From: Candidatus Woesearchaeota archaeon
Lineage (GTDB): Archaea > Nanobdellota > Nanobdellia > Woesearchaeales > UBA10216
DNA: 64,000 bases
Reading direction: 5' to 3'
Assembly (NCBI GenBank): GCA_016180085.1
Contig: JACPBX010000003.1
Span: forward strand, 74,655 to 138,654
Shown in pieces: positions 56,316 to 64,000 of the stretch. The position numbers and the translations under genes are program-made. The notes below the pieces were generated by a model. That model ran no database searches. It had not been told where the DNA came from and saw only the letters and a list, made by a program, of their open reading frames with translations. Each line of letters opens with the position of its first letter. The stretch's first letter is position 1.

Positions 56316-58044
56316 CCCCGATGCCGTTGTTCCTGAGCACAGTCAGGTACTGGTTTTCATATTCGGCGCTCATGTTTGCATTGAGGAACTGTTGTATCAG
56401 GTAAAGGCTTGCCTGCTGCAGCGCAGGCTGTGGTGAAGACCTGTCTATCAGGTAATAGTCTGCGCTGCAAATGTCCACAGGGCCCCTGATTACGGTGTCC
56501 TGCGTGTGCTGCCCGAAGCTGAACAGGCCTTTCCTGTACGGCAGGCCTGAGCCGCTGTCTGAGGTATAAGTTACTGTCAGCATTCTGTCAAACTTTCCTG
56601 TAGTGATGAGCTTATTTATGGCCTCTGCAAACTCCGGTATGTCAAGGAAGTAGTTTTTTCTTTCAGTGTTGTATAGAACAGATGTCTGGCTGTACATCAG
56701 GCTAAATGGGACATACACTGTTGCCTCCTTTGGCGTGTTGTCCGCAATCCACCTCATCGCTTCCCAGTGCTCCTTCGTCATGCCGCCGCCTGATGTTGGC
56801 TCATAGTAAACAGCCAGGACAGCTGCGCCCAGCAATGCTGTGATTGCAGCTGCAGCAATAAACATGTTAAACTTTTTCAGGACAGGGCTTAGGAACAGCC
56901 GCACCAGCTGGTAGATGCCAAACCCTGCGAGAGGCGCGAGTGTTATTGGCCAGAAAAGCCTTGTCTGGAATGACCTGAGCCCGAATCCCGCATAAGTTCC
57001 CAGGCCGGCCAGTAGCATGTAGCCCGAAAAAAGCAGCGCCAAAAGCTTCGGGCTTGAAAATACCCTTTCAAGCTCGTCCCTTTTTTGCAGGACAAACAGC
57101 ACAGCAAAAACAAGCCCTGCAATGATTGCAATCAGCATAAACCCGAAAGTAGTCGGGAAAACAGTGGCTGCCGGGAAGCTTGCACTTACGGTTTCAACAT
57201 TGAAGCGGTAGCCTTGCATTTTTAGCCAGATGCCTATGAACAGCGGCCAGAAATAAAGCGTGGGTATTATCGCCAGGATGAGGCCTGTAAGGATTTTCCT
57301 GTTCTCCTGGAAGAAAATCTTCAGCCCTGCAAGCTTGTGTTTTGCTAAATTTGCTGCCAAAAGCACAGCAAAGGCTGCAGAAAGCAGTATGCCTAAAAAA
57401 AGCGTTTCTGACGTGTGCGTCATTATCGTTCCTGCGAGCGGCATTGCCAGCAGAAGGTAGCCCCTCGGCAGCTCGAGCTTGGTCAGCGCCCAGGCTGTTG
57501 TTGCCAAAAAAAGGCTTGAGAATGCAAAGGGCATTTGCCCGAAAGTCGCCATGCCAAGAAACGGCTTTCCTGTTGCTGCGAACAGTGTTAGTGGCAGAGC
57601 AAGCATGCCGACATGCCTGCCCAGGCTTTTGGCAATGTGGTAGGCCACAAGTGCCGCAAGTGCAAGGGCCAGGCCTATGACAAGCATCAGCGAATCATAA
57701 CTTGCCTGTCCGCTAAGGTTTGACAAAAGAGCTGTTACGTGGTAAGTTACCGGCGGGTAAAACCCGAGCACATCCTTGAGCCCGGCCATCATGTACGGCG
57801 CTTCTGCCCTGTACTGCCCCATCTGCTTTATGGCTTCAGCCCTTGCCTGGTGCTGGTAGGAATCGCTTGCCCCATACCCAACAGGATAGTCATGGTTTAT
57901 TTTGTGCCCTGAAGCGGTTCCAACCCCAAGAAAAAGTATTGCAGTGAAGAACGCAGCAAGGATGGCAACCTCAATAAGGCCTTCTACCCCTTTCGCGTTG
58001 CCTGCCGTATTGCCTGCTTCTCCTGCTTTTTCCTCTTCAGCCAT
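56299..58044 (-). CDS. Polytopic membrane protein, GT-C-like candidate
   Basis: 581 aa; loop motif YGASDSYQHQARAE (D-x-x-x-H...AR). Confidence 0.5.
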   Translation of the reverse strand: MAEEEKAGEAGNTAGNAKGVEGLIEVAILAAFFTAILFLGVGTASGHKINHDYPVGYGASDSYQHQARAEAIKQMGQYRAEAPYMMAGLKDVLGFYPPVTYHVTALLSNLSGQASYDSLMLVIGLALALAALVAYHIAKSLGRHVGMLALPLTLFAATGKPFLGMATFGQMPFAFSSLFLATTAWALTKLELPRGYLLLAMPLAGTIMTHTSETLFLGILLSAAFAVLLAANLAKHKLAGLKIFFQENRKILTGLILAIIPTLYFWPLFIGIWLKMQGYRFNVETVSASFPAATVFPTTFGFMLIAIIAGLVFAVLFVLQKRDELERVFSSPKLLALLFSGYMLLAGLGTYAGFGLRSFQTRLFWPITLAPLAGFGIYQLVRLFLSPVLKKFNMFIAAAAITALLGAAVLAVYYEPTSGGGMTKEHWEAMRWIADNTPKEATVYVPFSLMYSQTSVLYNTERKNYFLDIPEFAEAINKLITTGKFDRMLTVTYTSDSGSGLPYRKGLFSFGQHTQDTVIRGPVDICSADYYLIDRSSPQPALQQASLYLIQQFLNANMSAEYENQYLTVLRNNGIGGDCIA

Positions 58045-58094
58045 TGGGCGAAAGTGTGAATGGCAGGATTATAAAGCTTTTGCCGCCATTTGCG

Positions 58095-60500
58095 TCACTT
58101 GCCTGCGCTTTTAACAATCTTGACTGTGGCAGCAGCGAACTCATTCACTTTCCCTTTTTCCACAAGGATTCCCTTCTTTAGCACCTCAGGGTGTGAGCCA
58201 ATCCTGAACGCAATTGCAGGCTTTCCGACAGCGTTTGCCTCGCAATTATGTATTGCACCTTGTAACGTTGTATAACTTCGGTCTTTGCTTACTTCTATGT
58301 TGCAAACAGGACCATTGTAGGCCTTGTCCTGTATGCGGCGGATTTGGGTGTAGAAGTACCTGTCATCAAGCCAGTAACGGTTATGTGCCCCTCGGGCTTT
58401 ATTAGTTTGGCACCTTTCTCCCAGGATGTTGCAAAAAGCATGTTTGTATTGTCCGGTCACGCTTAAATTGTACTCTATGCCTTTATCTCCCCTGTTGGCA
58501 ACATGAATATTGCAACCAATTCCTAATCGGAAAAGCACGTCCCGTATCTGTTCCGCTAATTTTTGTGAAGCTGTGCTAAATGAAACAATCGTATTGCCTT
58601 TGGCATCGTTGAAAACGCAGCCGTCTCCTCTCCACAACCCCTTGACAAGCTCTTTTAGTTTATGTGGTGGCAGCCTAAGGAACTCGGCAGGAATCTGTTT
58701 GTTTTTAGCACCAGTCTCTCCTAAAGCTGAGAAAAGCCTGTTGAGCAGTTGTGAGGTGAAGAATATGCGGCAGCCGTTCTTTTTTATCTCACGATAACCT
58801 TCTATATCAAAAATTCTTTTTACCAGTGTTAAGACGTCATTTTGGTATGTTTGCTCGCCTGCATGAAACGAAAAGATTAGTGTTGATTTTGTCTTTGAAG
58901 CGTGTCCTTCAGACAGGTAGTAGCCAAACAAGCGAAGGAAGTCACCATTAACTCTTACTTTGGTTGGTACAGAAATTTTTGCTCGTGGAACGTACCTCGC
59001 CTTTTTTAAATAAGCGCTGATTAAGAAACGTTTGGATAGGCTTAGTTGGTTGGGAATATTATTTAGGTAGCGATATATTGCATTCTTACTTAGGCGCAAT
59101 TTTTTCCCGATCGCTTCGTAGGTTTCTTTACCACGTTCGGTCTTCCTGCTGTATCTATAAAAAAGCCTGTCGTTTCCCTCAATTGTGCCGGGCAAATACC
59201 GTTTTAGATTTAAATATGTCTTATCAACTATTTTGTTGTTATACGGGTAAATAAGTACATCCTTCTCATTTAATTGTTCTGCTTCTATCCATTCAGGCCG
59301 ATACAGCAAATGGTACTTTTTTAAGCACTTATGATTTGGTTTGCAAGTTCTGTTTGACTTGCACATCTTTGTTCGTAGCGCATAAATCCTGTGCTCTGGA
59401 GTTATTTCGAGCGGTATGTTACAGCCATACACCCTGATGCTTTTTAACTTTCCTCTGTAAGCTCTTCTTGAGACAGCAGTAATAAGTTCTTCTCTGCCAA
59501 GGTGTGTAGTTACCTTATCTCCTGCTTTAAGGTTGCCTATTGCAGTATAGCCGTCATAGCATTTAATCAGGGATTTTGGCGTAAGACAAAGTGGAATATT
59601 GAACCCTTCCCACATGCTTGCAGTCACATATGCATCGCATGCGCCGTAGTAAGCTGGCAGTTCTTTGTCAGCAACAAATCCCGTGAATGCCACTCCTCCG
59701 ATTTCCGCAGCCGTTTTTTGCAGCTGCCTTGAATATTTCGGAAAGGTATGCTTTCCGACAACAACCAGGGTTGCGGCAGGGATTTTCTCTTTTACCAGCT
59801 TAAACGCCTGAAGCAGCAGGTGAACTCCTTTATGGGGTGATATCCTTCCAACGTATAACAGCACCGGCTTCCTCAGGTTGTGTTTTTTCACAACCGCAGC
59901 AATCTCTTTTTTATATTTCGCAGCCGCATTTTTATTGAACCTTTTTGTGTCTATCTTCACATACTTGACCTGGCTGTTGAGGCCGGTTTCCTTTTTCAGC
60001 TCGCTGCCGCAGAACTTGCTTATCGATATTGCCGCATCAGCATTCTTAACGGTTATTTTTGTGAATGCAGCGAATATCTTCATGTAAACCCTCTCAAAAA
60101 ACCCGTCAAAAAGCTGCGGGTAGGCAACTCCAACATCATAATAAACGTATTTCAGCCTCTGCCCCATTCTTTTCCTTGCCAGCATCGCAGGCAATGTCAT
60201 CGGGTAAAGAAAGCTGATTGCCTTATCAAACCCGCTCAGCCTGTTGACAATTCTTATTACCTTCGCAGCATCAAGGAAGAAGAGTAATCTGTAAATTCTC
60301 TCCAGCAGCGGCTGCTTTGGCATTCCCAGCACTTCAACAGCTATGCCTTTCTTTTGCAGCTGCAGCGTATCAAAATCGGTTTTGAAAGTTATTACTGTAA
60401 CATCATTCTTGCCTGCTGCCAGCTCTGTCGCTTCATTGTAAACTACCCTGTCAGGACCGGAGAACTTCGAGAAGGTTGGAGTGAGTATTGCGATGTTCAT
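58095..60500 (-). CDS. GT4 (group 1) glycosyltransferase interrupted by a 448-aa intein; extein = residues 1-304 + 753-801 (353 aa)
   Basis: ATG 60500..60498 verified; extein junction ...SMWEGFNIPL | CEANAVGKPAIAF... reconstitutes the GT4 E-X7-E motif (compare EGFGYTAAEAAAMGKPIVAS in the 62955 gene). Confidence 0.85.
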   Translation of the reverse strand: MNIAILTPTFSKFSGPDRVVYNEATELAAGKNDVTVITFKTDFDTLQLQKKGIAVEVLGMPKQPLLERIYRLLFFLDAAKVIRIVNRLSGFDKAISFLYPMTLPAMLARKRMGQRLKYVYYDVGVAYPQLFDGFFERVYMKIFAAFTKITVKNADAAISISKFCGSELKKETGLNSQVKYVKIDTKRFNKNAAAKYKKEIAAVVKKHNLRKPVLLYVGRISPHKGVHLLLQAFKLVKEKIPAATLVVVGKHTFPKYSRQLQKTAAEIGGVAFTGFVADKELPAYYGACDAYVTASMWEGFNIPLCLTPKSLIKCYDGYTAIGNLKAGDKVTTHLGREELITAVSRRAYRGKLKSIRVYGCNIPLEITPEHRIYALRTKMCKSNRTCKPNHKCLKKYHLLYRPEWIEAEQLNEKDVLIYPYNNKIVDKTYLNLKRYLPGTIEGNDRLFYRYSRKTERGKETYEAIGKKLRLSKNAIYRYLNNIPNQLSLSKRFLISAYLKKARYVPRAKISVPTKVRVNGDFLRLFGYYLSEGHASKTKSTLIFSFHAGEQTYQNDVLTLVKRIFDIEGYREIKKNGCRIFFTSQLLNRLFSALGETGAKNKQIPAEFLRLPPHKLKELVKGLWRGDGCVFNDAKGNTIVSFSTASQKLAEQIRDVLFRLGIGCNIHVANRGDKGIEYNLSVTGQYKHAFCNILGERCQTNKARGAHNRYWLDDRYFYTQIRRIQDKAYNGPVCNIEVSKDRSYTTLQGAIHNCEANAVGKPAIAFRIGSHPEVLKKGILVEKGKVNEFAAATVKIVKSAGK
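58245..59588 (-). mobile_element. Class-1 intein with nested LAGLIDADG homing endonuclease
   Basis: Block A CLTPKSLIKCYDG (Cys1 codon 59588..59586 verified as TGT), block B LEITPEHRIYAL, LAGLIDADG motifs LRLFGYYLSEGHA and LVKGLWRGDGCV, block F VCNIEVSKDRSY, block G GAIHN followed by the +1 Cys. Confidence 0.8.
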
Positions 60501-60524
60501 GGCTTTGCACCGGTTTCTGCTATT

Positions 60525-61445
60525 TTAAAACGTTTTCGGTGCCGGCATTACTTCCTGCTTGGCAAGGTCTTCCAAAGTAACATTTCTCAGGTAATTCCTG
60601 ATTTCGCCGTCAGAAGCGCCGGCCTTCAGTTTGACATCCACAGAGTCTCCTACCATGTAGGCAACCTGCAGCGTTCTTTCTATCCCTCTGTTGTTCAGGT
60701 ACACGAACGGCCCTGACAGAGCTATGCTGAAGCCAAGCATAGGACTGAAGTACGAGAGCATGACTGCCACAAAGTCCAACAACAAATTTCTTCTATTTAT
60801 TACCTCTTCCGGTGTGGGGCGCGCACCCAGAAGCAGGTTTTTCTCGTGAACGGGCATATACCTGTTAATGCCGTATCGTATGAAGCGCGGATCATTGAGA
60901 GCCTGTGCGACGCGTACGGTTGAAAAGTTGTCGGCTATTCTGCTCACTAGGGCTGCACCAGCCGAAAGCAGCAAAAGTCTTCTGGTGGAAGAGGGTTTTC
61001 GCGCACGATAAACGTCCCATAAAGTTGAGTATGTCCTCGCTAAAATCCTTCCTGATTGCGGAGTTTTTTCTGAAAATTGTCTTGGCGGCAGTTTCTTATC
61101 TCTTCTCATGGTAAGCTCTGCCCCAACTATCGCCCCAGTGTAGAGGGTGGCTCCTATCACCCTATCATAATAATCAAAATCTTCTATTCTGCTCAGCAGT
61201 CTTCGGGCGGCAACTATTATTCTCGGTGCATACTTTGCGGCAGGGCTCTCTTCTCCTTTGAGCTGCGCAATCTCCTGTTCCCTTTCCCCGCTCTCCAGTA
61301 AATCTCCCCGGGCTGCTGCTAATGCCGCCAGCCCGCCAAACGAAACATATATCCAAGCCCTTCTTACAAATTCTCTTCTGGTAATCAGGGCGTTCTCAAT
61401 CTCGTCTGCGGCTTTTTTGGTTACATCATCCAATGGCATACGCAC
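60525..61445 (-). CDS. Hypothetical exported protein with twin-arginine (Tat) signal peptide
   Basis: 306 aa; TRREFVRRAWIYVSFGGLAALAAA resembles the S/T-R-R-x-F-L-K + h-region Tat consensus. Confidence 0.45.
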   Translation of the reverse strand: MRMPLDDVTKKAADEIENALITRREFVRRAWIYVSFGGLAALAAARGDLLESGEREQEIAQLKGEESPAAKYAPRIIVAARRLLSRIEDFDYYDRVIGATLYTGAIVGAELTMRRDKKLPPRQFSEKTPQSGRILARTYSTLWDVYRARKPSSTRRLLLLSAGAALVSRIADNFSTVRVAQALNDPRFIRYGINRYMPVHEKNLLLGARPTPEEVINRRNLLLDFVAVMLSYFSPMLGFSIALSGPFVYLNNRGIERTLQVAYMVGDSVDVKLKAGASDGEIRNYLRNVTLEDLAKQEVMPAPKTF

Positions 61446-61500
61446 TGCTAATTCGCAATCGTTTATAAGTTTTTTGTAGAATTACCTCTGAATAGTAGTG

Positions 61501-61875
61501 TCACTTTTTGAGTATCTCGTCAACCTTCTTCTCTATCCTGTCCAGCTTTTTAGAGATATCATTCCAGGCGTCAATCACTATTTCGTGCGGCGGCTTGGGC
61601 CTTAAATGCAGTGGCACTGGCTTATGCCCGCGTAAAAAATCCAAAATCCTCTTGTCTTTCAGAAAGTAATACTTTTTGCCTTCCTTCCACTCGCTTTCTA
61701 CCAAGCCGATTTCTTCCAATAAGTTAAGGTGAAAATCCACTGTTTGCGGTTTTTTACTGACCTCTGCAGAAATCTCGCTTAGGTACTTTTCTTTTTTCGC
61801 CAGGCTAATCAGTATTCCCCTTCTTATGTCCGAAGAGAGAGCTTTGTGGAATATCTCGTCATGCAAAGGAGGCAT
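61501..61875 (-). CDS. Winged-helix transcription regulator (ArsR/SmtB-like HTH)
   Basis: 124 aa; SDIRRGILISLAKKEKYLSEISAEVSKKPQTVDFHLNLLEEIGLV has helix-turn-helix/wing character. Confidence 0.6.
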   Translation of the reverse strand: MPPLHDEIFHKALSSDIRRGILISLAKKEKYLSEISAEVSKKPQTVDFHLNLLEEIGLVESEWKEGKKYYFLKDKRILDFLRGHKPVPLHLRPKPPHEIVIDAWNDISKKLDRIEKKVDEILKK

Positions 61876-62007
61876 AGTGCTGTTTGACTTCGATATTACT
61901 ATTAAAACCTTTTCATTCTATTTTACTAGAAAAGTCGAAACATTTATATACTTGCCCTACTTTCCACTATACTAGGAAACCCGAAAGAGTTTCTGTGGAG
62001 GTAAAAA

Positions 62008-62316
62008 ATGACAACTGTTGATGAATGCGTAAGGATGGCTCAAGAAGCCCAAGGCGATAATGCCTACGTAGCTGTCTTCATGCACTACAGGAGCGCGGTT
62101 GAAGAAGCGGGATACAGCTCAAATGCCGCACCTGTGCTATTGGCTGCGGTGCAATATGCGCAGGGGTTAAAGAAGGGCATGGACCGCACAGCTGTAGCAG
62201 CTTGGGGAACTAAAGCCATGACTATGATGGCTTTAAATCCGGATTTGGAGGGAGTAATAGGCAAGGAAATCACAAAACTCCAAGCAAAGGGTGATGCAAA
62301 TGCCGCCTCACCATGA
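62008..62316 (+). CDS. Hypothetical small soluble protein
   Basis: 102 aa; perfect SD GGAGGT 8 nt upstream of the ATG; TTTATATAC box about 60 nt upstream. Confidence 0.45.
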   Translation: MTTVDECVRMAQEAQGDNAYVAVFMHYRSAVEEAGYSSNAAPVLLAAVQYAQGLKKGMDRTAVAAWGTKAMTMMALNPDLEGVIGKEITKLQAKGDANAASP

Positions 62317-62530
62317 TTTCGCCATGCCGCCGCACGCATTGCCTGTAAGGCTGGAAAACAGAATAAAATTCCTCTTTGCCAGCTTTATCATCTCGTCATT
62401 GTTTACACTTACTTTTGCCTCGGTGCTAAAGTTTTTCGGCATACCAGTTAACGTCATAATTCCGTCAAGCGCTCCAATATGGATTGGGACATTGACCATC
62501 GGCTATATGGTTCAAGTAGAAAATAATTAA
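62291..62530 (+). CDS. Hypothetical small membrane protein
   Basis: 79 aa, one or two TMs; overlaps the end of the previous ORF. Confidence 0.3.
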   Translation: MMQMPPHHDFAMPPHALPVRLENRIKFLFASFIISSLFTLTFASVLKFFGIPVNVIIPSSAPIWIGTLTIGYMVQVENN

Positions 62531-62551
62531 AGTGAAACTGAGGTGAGAAAA

Positions 62552-62674
62552 ATGCCAAGACTACCGCACGAGTTTAATGAAAGGCACTATGAACGGCTGC
62601 CTCATGAAGAAATCTTAGAAAGACTCGATAGAATTGAAGGCATGTTGAGGAGGATGGAGGATAAATCAAGGTAA
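62552..62674 (+). CDS. Putative 40-aa small protein (MPRLPHEFNERHYERLPHEEILERLDRIEGMLRRMEDKSR)
   Basis: Not in ORF track (too short); ATG 62552 preceded by GAGGTGA 7 nt upstream; T-rich tract after the stop. Confidence 0.3.
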   Translation: MPRLPHEFNERHYERLPHEEILERLDRIEGMLRRMEDKSR

Positions 62675-62929
62675 TTTATTTTTTTTCTTTTCCACGGCAG
62701 CCTTGAACATGCGTGCTTCCCTTTTAATGTCTATCATGTCAAATATCTTTATTTTTGGGATGAGGGGCAGCAGCATGAGCACGAACAGCAGGGCTATGAG
62801 GTATCTTGCGAAGAAGTCTGACTGGAGGGGGTATAGGTTGAAGATGTAAATGCCAAGTATCAGCAGTATGAGCAGTAGCAGCGCGAAATAAAGGGCTATT
62901 GCTATCTTACTGCCTCTTTTTTTTGGCAT
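62666..62929 (-). CDS. Small membrane protein, hypothetical
   Basis: 87 aa, 2 TMs (IAIALYFALLLLILLILGIYIF..., LIALLFVLMLLPLIP). Confidence 0.4.
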   Translation of the reverse strand: MPKKRGSKIAIALYFALLLLILLILGIYIFNLYPLQSDFFARYLIALLFVLMLLPLIPKIKIFDMIDIKREARMFKAAVEKKKNKLP

Positions 62930-62954
62930 GTTGCCCTACTCTGTTGCTGCGTTT

Positions 62955-64000
62955 TTAAAGCTTTTTGTATAGCAGCCCCGTGTAAGCGGACAGGTAATTT
63001 CTCACGTTTTCCTCAATCGTGAACTTTCTCAGCTTTGTCCTGTGGCACTTGCCATGAAACATGCCCACAACAGCATCTGCTATCTCCATGCTGTTATTTG
63101 GCTCAACAAGGATGTGCTTTCCGCTGACAACTTCGGGCAATGATGTGGTGTTGCTTGCGACGATTGGCTTTCCCATAGCAGCCGCTTCAGCAGCAGTGTA
63201 GCCAAACCCTTCGCTTATTGATGGCACAACAACGCAGTCTGCCGCCTTTATGTAGCTTGGCAGTTCGGAATGGGCGACAGGCTCAACGTTTATTATTCTG
63301 CCCTCAAGTTGCAGTTTTTTTATCAGTTGCATCAGCTGCGAATATTTTTTCGCGTATTGTTTGTCGCGGCTTAGCAGCAGCATCATTCTCGCATTTGGAA
63401 TTTTTTGGCTTATATCCTTCATCGCAGTTATTGCATGCTCGATTCCCTTGCTTGTGCCCGGCCTTCCGTAAACGAGCAGCACATAATTTCCCAAGTCGCC
63501 TTTGGCGACTGGGCCCAATCGTGCTTTTGCACGATTTGGGTTCTGCAGCGAGTATTTTTTCCTTATCTTTTCGCCGCTGTATTTTTTAGGGTTAAAGTGC
63601 CCATAATCTACGCCGTTGTATATGGTGATGGCGTTTTTCTTCCCTATCCTCAATAGTTGTTGCCGTGTTGAGTTTGAGACTGCAACGTACTTATCGACGG
63701 CAGGAAGCAGGTAGAGGAATCTTTCGAACATGTCGTGAAGGAAAACCTTGACTGGGTTAAAGTCCGTGTACTCCCTCCATTTACCGACCCATACCTCATG
63801 AACAGTCACAATGAGGGGCTTTCGTGCAAATTTTGCAGCCACCCATGCGGGAAAGAAGCCGTTAAAGGTTGTTGTGTGCACGATGTCCGCTTTTTTGGCA
63901 GAGGCAATGGCAGCCGGTATAGAAAAAAACGTGAACAGCTCCCTGCTTCCGAAGCAGCTCACCCTTTTCACTTTCACCCCATTGATTGTTTCCTCTGCAG
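62955..64000 (-). CDS. GT4 glycosyltransferase, N-terminus truncated by the window end
   Basis: Canonical EGFGYTAAEAAAMGKPIVAS (E-X7-E); the frame remains open upstream of the track's GTG start (63977) to position 64000. Confidence 0.8.
   Translation of the reverse strand, partial: AEETINGVKVKRVSCFGSRELFTFFSIPAAIASAKKADIVHTTTFNGFFPAWVAAKFARKPLIVTVHEVWVGKWREYTDFNPVKVFLHDMFERFLYLLPAVDKYVAVSNSTRQQLLRIGKKNAITIYNGVDYGHFNPKKYSGEKIRKKYSLQNPNRAKARLGPVAKGDLGNYVLLVYGRPGTSKGIEHAITAMKDISQKIPNARMMLLLSRDKQYAKKYSQLMQLIKKLQLEGRIINVEPVAHSELPSYIKAADCVVVPSISEGFGYTAAEAAAMGKPIVASNTTSLPEVVSGKHILVEPNNSMEIADAVVGMFHGKCHRTKLRKFTIEENVRNYLSAYTGLLYKKL

Noticed and set aside
1-64000. Search for CRISPR arrays, rRNA, tRNA and IS-element transposases
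   Set aside because: No regularly spaced direct repeats, no tRNA-like cloverleaf candidates in the few intergenic gaps (11416-11678, 30650-30855, 15185-15322, 61876-62007), and no transposase/integrase-like ORFs; the only mobile element recognised is the intein

Overview
This 64-kb window is almost entirely one very large, densely packed cell-surface glycan biosynthesis and protein/lipid glycosylation island. It holds about 60 genes in tight co-directional blocks, many with 4-nt ATGA/ATGnTGA start-stop overlaps. GC is roughly 50%. Start codons are preceded sometimes by TTTAAA/TTTATA boxes about 30-40 nt upstream and sometimes by GGAGG or G5-6 runs, and the island contains a LAGLIDADG intein; together these suggest an archaeal genome, although I cannot confirm that from sequence alone.

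Main content:
- At least 14 GT-A/GT-B glycosyltransferases: GT2 'Dpm1-like' x8 and GT4/group-1 x4-5.
- At least 5 large polytopic GT-C-like membrane proteins sharing a D-x-x-W-H...AR loop motif, plus a DUF2079 membrane protein.
- Membrane translocation components: Wzx, GtrA and an ArnE/ArnF-like pair.
- Three nucleotide-sugar modules: (1) CDP-hexose (RfbF, RfbG, DegT aminotransferase, hexapeptide N-acetyltransferase); (2) a dTDP/UDP-4,6-dehydratase with several extended SDR epimerases/reductases; (3) an ADP-heptose-type pathway (GmhA, a HldE kinase domain, and a HldE-adenylyltransferase-GmhB fusion).

The unusual content is a set of enzymes typical of branched-chain or otherwise exotic sugars:
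- two TylCIII-type sugar C-methyltransferases, one fused to a UDP-glucuronate-decarboxylase-like SDR;
- an acetolactate-synthase-like TPP enzyme;
- a stand-alone pyruvate-dehydrogenase E1 alpha/beta pair with no E2/E3;
- a class V aminotransferase plus a ThrB-like GHMP kinase.

The single most striking feature is a canonical class-1 intein (448 aa, two LAGLIDADG motifs, blocks A, B, F, G present). It is inserted exactly in the catalytic E-X7-E motif of a GT4 glycosyltransferase at 58095-60500; removing it restores the motif.

Other items of note:
- a SemiSWEET (PQ-loop) mini-transporter translationally coupled to the CDP-glucose dehydratase gene;
- a hairpin-rich 200-nt intergenic element at about 30650-30855;
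- a perfect 12-bp palindrome in the 260-bp intergenic region at 11416-11678.

I found no rRNA, tRNA or CRISPR array. Two genes are truncated by the window edges (1..474 and 62955..64000). The six-frame track uses non-ATG starts in places; where I checked, I moved starts to the most plausible ATG/GTG.
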